A stretch of 64,000 bases of DNA from an uncultured Gammaproteobacteria bacterium (GTDB taxonomy: Bacteria > Patescibacteriota > Microgenomatia > Levybacterales > UBA12049), in contig CAYYSJ010000004.1 in assembly GCA_964474445.1 (NCBI GenBank), positions 64,185 to 128,184 of the forward strand, given 5' to 3'. The notes below the pieces were generated by a model that saw nothing but the letters and a program-made list of their open reading frames with translations, was not told the origin of the DNA and ran no database searches. A program made the position numbers and the translations under genes. The stretch's first letter is position 1. The number at the start of each line of letters is the position of its first letter. Below, one piece after another: positions 58,549 to 64,000 of the stretch.

Positions 58549-59463
58549 ATGCTATCTTGTTCTCATATTACTATGAGCATTTCTGAAAGAACGCGGAGTC
58601 AACTTATCCTTAAGGCAGATGATTATGGGAATATGCCTGAAGGAAATGACGGGATAAATGATTTAGTCAGAAGAGGTCTTCTTACCAATGTAGGCGTTAT
58701 GATCACTTTCGCAGGAGAGAAAGAGAGGGACGATTTACTCAGAGCAATTAGAGAATCTCCTAACAAAGATCTTGTTGGTATTGTTTTGCATGTAAATTTT
58801 CAAACTGGGCGGCCACTGTCTAAGCCAAAAGATGTCCCGTCGTTGGTTGGTGAAGATGGGCTTTTTAAGCGTCCCGAACCAACCCGTGAAGCATGGGATA
58901 GATACGCAAAGCAAATTAATCCGCAAGATGCAGAAAGAGAATTGGAAGCTCAGATACAAAGGTTTCGGGAGTTGTTTGGTCACAATCCTGATGCCTTAGA
59001 TTCTCATAACGTCATCTTGGCAGTAGAACCTGTCGCAGAGATTGCAATGCGAAAAGCAAAAGAGCTGGATATTCCGATAACATATCCCTATCTTTACACA
59101 GAAAAATATGATGGAGTATTAGGGACACAAGTTTTGCATACACAGCTACAAAGTGAATATAAAAGACGAGGAATACCAACTGCAGACCATGCATTCCCAA
59201 CATACTTTAATAGTATGAGTGATCCAATTGGTGAGATGGTACAAGCACTTGATACACTGCAACCTGGTGTTACACAGATTGTATTTCATCCTGTATCACC
59301 AGACTATCCCAGCATCCCAACTGATTCCCCAGAGCGATTTGGTAGAAGACTCATGGATTACAAAATATTGACTGATTCCCAAGTAGAAACCAGGGTAGAA
59401 GGTTTACGACGAAATGGACAACTGACAAGTTATAAAGAAATGAGAATAAGTCGCAGACATTAA
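58549..59463 (+). CDS. ChbG/YdjC-family carbohydrate deacetylase
   Basis: LILKADDYGN...GINDL resembles the ADDFG...GVN.G N-terminal signature. Start may be 58573. Confidence 0.65.
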   Translation: MLSCSHITMSISERTRSQLILKADDYGNMPEGNDGINDLVRRGLLTNVGVMITFAGEKERDDLLRAIRESPNKDLVGIVLHVNFQTGRPLSKPKDVPSLVGEDGLFKRPEPTREAWDRYAKQINPQDAERELEAQIQRFRELFGHNPDALDSHNVILAVEPVAEIAMRKAKELDIPITYPYLYTEKYDGVLGTQVLHTQLQSEYKRRGIPTADHAFPTYFNSMSDPIGEMVQALDTLQPGVTQIVFHPVSPDYPSIPTDSPERFGRRLMDYKILTDSQVETRVEGLRRNGQLTSYKEMRISRRH

Positions 59464-59561
59464 TTGTTTTTCAATAAAGAGCTAATTAAACTATGTAGCT
59501 CAGCAGGTCCTGTGTAGCTTTATTAGAACGTATTACTCACTGTTTTGTTATAATTTAAGGA

Positions 59562-60968
59562 ATGCTGAGGGGTAACATTTCTTCAAAAAAGATTCTTTTA
59601 GACGCAAAGAAAATACTTACAGATAATCAATTTGTAACCCAATATAATAATAAAAAGTATAAAGGCATTTCTCCTTCAAGTGAATATTATTATCATGCAT
59701 GGTTTTGGGATAGTGTGTTTCATGCAATGGCACTAGTGCATAGCGATCCAACATTAGCATTAGAGAATATAAAATTTCTAACTGATTCTCAATGGGAGAA
59801 TGGCCATATTGGTCATATTATCTATCGTTTTGAAGAACTACCATATTTCCCCGGGAAGACATTTTGGCATACAGAGGGAAAATCAAAGAGTGGCATTATC
59901 TCTTCAGGCATTATCCAGCCTCCAATTCTTGCAATTGGGTTACGGTATGTCTATGAGCATTTACACGATGAAACGTTAAGAAAGCAGTTTACCACATCGC
60001 TGGTCCCTGCAGTAGAGAAATATCATATTTATCTCAAAAATACTCATGATAGAGAAAACTCTGGTCTTATAAGCATTTTCCATCCCTGGTCCTCAGGAAG
60101 TGATAATGCAATTATTTTTGATCGACAAATGCGCGCAATTGCTCTCACAGATATTCCCCAACAAGTCTTTGAAGAGGTGAGAGACAAGCGAGTGGATAAT
60201 AAGGTAGGGGATAATGAGACAAGGCCACTTGAGGAAGACTACTATCGATTTCTCTATCTTGTTCATCTTGGTAATAAATTGGGATGGGACTATGAAAAGA
60301 TTCCTGATCATTTTCCATTTGCTGTGAAAGACGTTTCCGTCAATGGGTTGTGGTGTTTTGCAAATGAAGCATTAGGGCAACTCCTTGTTTCAGTGAACAG
60401 AGAAAAAGATGCAGAAAAGTATTTTACGTGGACAAAACAAACAAGACACGCGCTTCAGGAATGTTGGGACCAACAAAAGGGTGGCTTTACCAATGTCGAT
60501 GTCGTCAATGGAGGATGGATACAAGAATATTCTGAAAGCTTTGCAAATTTTATGCCATTTCTAACAGGAAACATACCATCATCTCAGCTGGAGAAATTGC
60601 TTGCCAAACTTGAAGACCCTAACCAATATTGGGTGAAGTATCCTGTTCCATCTGTCCCAATCAATCATCCACAATTTGAGTTGAAACGGTATTGGCGGGG
60701 TCCAACATGGCCAGCTATTAACTATTTTATTGTTTTTGGCTTACAAAAAATTTTACAAAACACCTCAGATGTCTATACAAAACAACAAAAAGAACGTATT
60801 GAGAGGGTAAGACAAACTCTTATCAAAAAAACGATGCAGATGATAGAGAAAGAAGGATTTTATGAAAATTTTATTCCTGCAAAGCCAACAGATGGCAAAA
60901 GCGGCAATGGATTTGCAAATTTTAGTTGGACAGCGGCTGTCTACATATTGCTTCATTATTGCTCTTGA
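59562..60968 (+). CDS. (alpha/alpha)6-barrel glycoside hydrolase (GH63 / GDE_C / trehalase-like)
   Basis: YYYHAWFWDSVFHAMAL and downstream W/E-rich barrel motifs. Cytoplasmic. Confidence 0.6.
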   Translation: MLRGNISSKKILLDAKKILTDNQFVTQYNNKKYKGISPSSEYYYHAWFWDSVFHAMALVHSDPTLALENIKFLTDSQWENGHIGHIIYRFEELPYFPGKTFWHTEGKSKSGIISSGIIQPPILAIGLRYVYEHLHDETLRKQFTTSLVPAVEKYHIYLKNTHDRENSGLISIFHPWSSGSDNAIIFDRQMRAIALTDIPQQVFEEVRDKRVDNKVGDNETRPLEEDYYRFLYLVHLGNKLGWDYEKIPDHFPFAVKDVSVNGLWCFANEALGQLLVSVNREKDAEKYFTWTKQTRHALQECWDQQKGGFTNVDVVNGGWIQEYSESFANFMPFLTGNIPSSQLEKLLAKLEDPNQYWVKYPVPSVPINHPQFELKRYWRGPTWPAINYFIVFGLQKILQNTSDVYTKQQKERIERVRQTLIKKTMQMIEKEGFYENFIPAKPTDGKSGNGFANFSWTAAVYILLHYCS

Positions 60969-61090
60969 GAGGTGAGACATGGAATGAGGAGCTGTAATCA
61001 GCAGACTTTCAGTAATGTTGTGAGAATATATTCTTTATATTTTTAAACACGTATTCTTTTGACATAAGGTGTGGCACAGTAAACTTGTCG

Positions 61091-61810
61091 TTATGATCTT
61101 CTTTTCTCTATGCTACGTGCTCCGATGCTAGGTTTTATCTCGACTCTCCAAGGTGTCAACATTCTAGTAAGTCTCCGTAAGTCAATAGCATGAAGGGAAG
61201 TTTGCAGAAAATATTTTGCGTTTTCTCGGTCGTAATAACCGTTTTCTCGTTTTGGTATTTCTGTCCAAGCAAGATAGGTAGCATCAGATATACCCAAATG
61301 TGTTATTCTTTTTGGGGAGCGATCATATAGTGAAGATGGTACTCCAAATTCAACTTCTGTAATTGAACCATCAGTAGCAATGTACGCAATATTAACATCT
61401 CTAGATAACATTGTTATAACACTTTGAGGACGTGTTAAAATTCCTGTCTCATTAGCTGTAGAACGAGTGAAAGCTGTAAGGTTAAAAGTTGCATTTGAGT
61501 CAGTATGAATTTTTAGATAGTCTTTAAGGTCAAGATGATCTTGGATTGCAATGGCACTTTGTATTTGAACAAGTCGTGCCTCAGGATATAAAGTTCGGAG
61601 CTGTTCTGCAGGTAACTTCTCGAGAGGAAGTTGCGTGACTCCCAGCTCTTGAAGTGTTCTCTCAACATGTCTTCTCAGTGCTGCTAGCTTTTCTACAGCC
61701 TCCATGTTGCCTTCTTGTGCAGCAGCAATAATTTGTCTTTCAAATTCATAATTAATTGCCATGAAGAATGGGTAACAAACTACAATTGTAGGCAAATAAA
61801 TATTAGGCAA
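61091..61810 (-). CDS. hypothetical protein
   Basis: ORF. Probable start at MAINYEFERQ. Confidence 0.5.
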   Translation of the reverse strand: MPNIYLPTIVVCYPFFMAINYEFERQIIAAAQEGNMEAVEKLAALRRHVERTLQELGVTQLPLEKLPAEQLRTLYPEARLVQIQSAIAIQDHLDLKDYLKIHTDSNATFNLTAFTRSTANETGILTRPQSVITMLSRDVNIAYIATDGSITEVEFGVPSSLYDRSPKRITHLGISDATYLAWTEIPKRENGYYDRENAKYFLQTSLHAIDLRRLTRMLTPWRVEIKPSIGARSIEKRRS

Positions 61811-61914
61811 GAAGAGCGTAATATGGTTTGTCTCCAGTTTTATAATGAACTTGATAACTATATCAAGTTATATCATCATCAGCCCTCAGTGTTAGTACCT
61901 TTTCTATAAATACA

Positions 61915-63027
61915 TCAAGCAACCTGAAAAGATGATGCTGGAAAGTCTTGTCTTCTTCTCTGATTGAGTTCGTTTTGCTCAACCAGCTCGTAGTAGAGTT
62001 GTTCATATTGATCTGCCATCCGGCTTGCATTGAAGTTGGTAATAGCATGTTCTCTGCATCGTTTTCTATCAATTGCATCAATTTTTTTTACTGCTTCAAC
62101 CATTTCATCTACTGTATCAACAACATATCCAGTTTCACCGTTTTTGATTATTTCAGGAATTGATCCTCTATTTCTTGCGATAACAGGGGCTCCACAGGCC
62201 ATTGCTTCAATTAAAACTAATCCAAAAGGCTCATTCCATGTATTAGGGTGAATCACTGCCTTTGCTCCCTTCATGAGCATATTACGCTCCTCTTCATTTA
62301 CTTCTCCTACCCATCGAGTTTGAGTACCATCTAATTCAGGCTCAATATATTCTTTAAAGTACGCTTGTGTATGAGGCAACTCATCTAGCTTTGCAGCAAT
62401 GACGAGCGGTATTCCTGCTCTTTTAGCAACTTCTATGGCAGTATCGACTCCTTTTTTCGGGTCAATTCTTCCAACAAAGAGAAGGTATTCTTGTGGGTCG
62501 GGTTTTTCTCCAAAAGGAAATTTTTCTAAATCAAGACCATTATAAATAGGGGGTGTTGTTATGCTCGGATAGTCTGCAACCTGTGCTTGTGAGATTGGTA
62601 CATATGTTGGATTACTAAATTCCTCATACATGTTTGCTCGCTCCTGAGTAACAAGAGTATGAAGAGTTGCAACAACAGGCGTATCTGACCCATGTGCAAT
62701 AGGGAGGCTTACATCTATTGCATGGTCGTGGATAACATCAAATCTGTCTTGCTGTCCATATGCACGAGAAATATTTTCCATATTCAAAACTGTTCTCTCG
62801 TCTCGGGGCTCCCGAATTGGATAGGGAGTAACAGATACGAGATTTGCAGATGTTTTTGAACCACCTGCTGCGAAAAGAGTTACTTCATGTCCCCGTGCAA
62901 CTAATTCCTCAGTGAGTGCGGAGACAACTCTTTCTGTGCCTCCATATTTTTGTGGGGGAACAGTCTCAGCTATCTGCACTAGCTGAGCGATTCTTAATTT
63001 CCTTGGACCATTTTCACTTAACAGCAT
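61915..63027 (-). CDS. GT4 family glycosyltransferase (paralog of 17833..18954)
   Basis: KYGGTERVV...GHEVTLFA and EPFGLVLIEAMACGAPVIA. Clear similarity throughout to the other GT4. Confidence 0.85.
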   Translation of the reverse strand: MLLSENGPRKLRIAQLVQIAETVPPQKYGGTERVVSALTEELVARGHEVTLFAAGGSKTSANLVSVTPYPIREPRDERTVLNMENISRAYGQQDRFDVIHDHAIDVSLPIAHGSDTPVVATLHTLVTQERANMYEEFSNPTYVPISQAQVADYPSITTPPIYNGLDLEKFPFGEKPDPQEYLLFVGRIDPKKGVDTAIEVAKRAGIPLVIAAKLDELPHTQAYFKEYIEPELDGTQTRWVGEVNEEERNMLMKGAKAVIHPNTWNEPFGLVLIEAMACGAPVIARNRGSIPEIIKNGETGYVVDTVDEMVEAVKKIDAIDRKRCREHAITNFNASRMADQYEQLYYELVEQNELNQRRRQDFPASSFQVA

Positions 63028-63154
63028 ATATAGAACGTAGGTAAAACTAATAGCTAGAGGGGAATTATAGTAAAACTGAGTTTTTAAATCAACCTATAGC
63101 AAGTGTGAATGGTCAGGGTATTACTTCACTTGTGTCTTATTAAGAGCAAAGGTT

Positions 63155-63242
63155 AATGTATAGGGTCTGTGAGTTGTCACACTAATGTTAGTTGGGACTT
63201 CAAGTATTTTAACTGATTTGGTTATACAGACCCTATGTAACT
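63155..63242. repeat. inverted repeat: ATAGGGTCTGT (63160-63170) and ACAGACCCTAT (63227-63237), ~56-nt spacer
   Basis: 11-bp perfect arms with partial flanking complementarity, in the intergenic region upstream of the GT4 gene. Confidence 0.4.
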
Positions 63243-63281
63243 TTGCGGGAACGTATTACTACAACTCTTTACGAGGAAGTT

Positions 63282-63851
63282 TTAAGAAACAGTATAGGAG
63301 ATTTCCTTTTCAAATACACCATTTGTATAAACTCTTACTCTATAGGTGCCTTTAGAATGAATTGCTCCTGGTTTGAGTGTCCAAGCAAAGCTTGAATTAG
63401 TAAGATTTGGTCTGGTTACTTTGAGTGCTCCGCTATCCAGAAGTTTATTATCCAAATACCTAATATATTCAAATTTAGTCCCCACTTTTGGGTTATTTAC
63501 TATCAAAACAAGATAGACTGTTTTCTGTGTTGGTATAAAAGTGTTTGCAGAAATTGTTGCATTACCAGTAGCATCCAGCGAGGAAGCAGTAATGACATTA
63601 GTCACTATCCCCATAGGTTTACTTCTTGCTAGTGTTGGTTTTAGCTGTGTCGTTGATTGCATAGAAGTGTTACTAGTTTTGTGTGCAGCAACATACAAAA
63701 CTCCAAGAAGGAGTATAAGTGTTACAAAACCGCCAAGAATATACCACATGAATTTGGATGATGACTGCGGTATTTCAGGAGTTGGCACTGGATTTTGTAC
63801 AGGAGCCACTGGTTCTGTTGGGGGTAATGTATTTGGTGTTGTACCTGGCAT
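63282..63851 (-). CDS. membrane-anchored protein, paralog of 46353..47039
   Basis: P-rich N-terminus, TM, outer domain with the shared YIRY...TYRV..YTNGV..K.ISY.V block. Preceded in frame by TAA + 3 nt and a low-complexity ORF running off the window. Confidence 0.6.
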   Translation of the reverse strand: MPGTTPNTLPPTEPVAPVQNPVPTPEIPQSSSKFMWYILGGFVTLILLLGVLYVAAHKTSNTSMQSTTQLKPTLARSKPMGIVTNVITASSLDATGNATISANTFIPTQKTVYLVLIVNNPKVGTKFEYIRYLDNKLLDSGALKVTRPNLTNSSFAWTLKPGAIHSKGTYRVRVYTNGVFEKEISYTVS

Positions 63852-64000
63852 AGGTTATCGATTAGTATTTTTGTCTTCTTGAGTATTATTAGTATTTTGC
63901 TGTGTGCCAGTTGGAGCACTACTGCTTGTTCCTGAGTTTGTGTCATCTTTCTTTTCGCCATCAGCGTTGCTTTTCTCTTGCATGCTGCCAACCCTATTGT

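Noticed and set aside
1-64000. CRISPR arrays, integrases, transposases and phage structural genes
   Set aside because: I looked for regularly spaced direct repeats and for recombinase or terminase motifs on both strands and found none. Repetition in 45165..46349 and 50458..50934 is codon-level low complexity within coding sequence.

Overview
This 64 kb window looks like a CPR/Patescibacteria-like chromosome segment. Genes are small and mostly non-overlapping, many lack a Shine-Dalgarno, and several promoters sit close enough to the start codon that the mRNAs may be leaderless. I saw no integrase, transposase or CRISPR array.

Core housekeeping genes are present: argS, an M16 peptidase, ndk, mreB, purF, a Dps protein, an MGMT methyltransferase, a YcaQ/AlkZ-like glycosylase, and the secE-nusG-rplK-rplA ... 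rplJ-rplL cluster. The accessory content is dominated by the cell envelope and sugar metabolism. It includes VKOR plus a DsbA-like protein, a sortase, an LCP protein, three CE4 deacetylases, a PBP/beta-lactamase-like protein, an acyltransferase-3 protein and a WecB/TagA GT26. The sugar genes are otsA (GT20), two GT4 paralogs, galT, galU, a HAD-IIB phosphatase, a YdjC deacetylase and a GH63/GDE_C-like hydrolase.

Two tRNAs lie on the minus strand, tRNA-Pro(CGG) and tRNA-Arg(CCT). The cation P-type ATPase is encoded as two translationally coupled ORFs.

The most interesting signals are cis-regulatory and architectural:
- A 13-codon leader ORF (MILNTVVCCCSFA) with three tandem Cys codons sits between a consensus promoter and alternative antiterminator/terminator hairpins, directly upstream of an LmbE/PIG-L deacetylase gene.
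- A canonical T-box antiterminator (GAAGCG-UGGCACC-ACGG...CCGU-CGCUUC) overlaps a strong terminator upstream of an MBL-hydrolase/argS operon.
- About 2.7 kb of unknown genes is inserted between rplA and rplJ.
- A two-gene module (low-complexity secreted ORF, TAA, 3 nt, ATG, membrane-anchored domain protein) occurs twice with identical junction geometry.
- Several promoters sit almost directly on their start codons.
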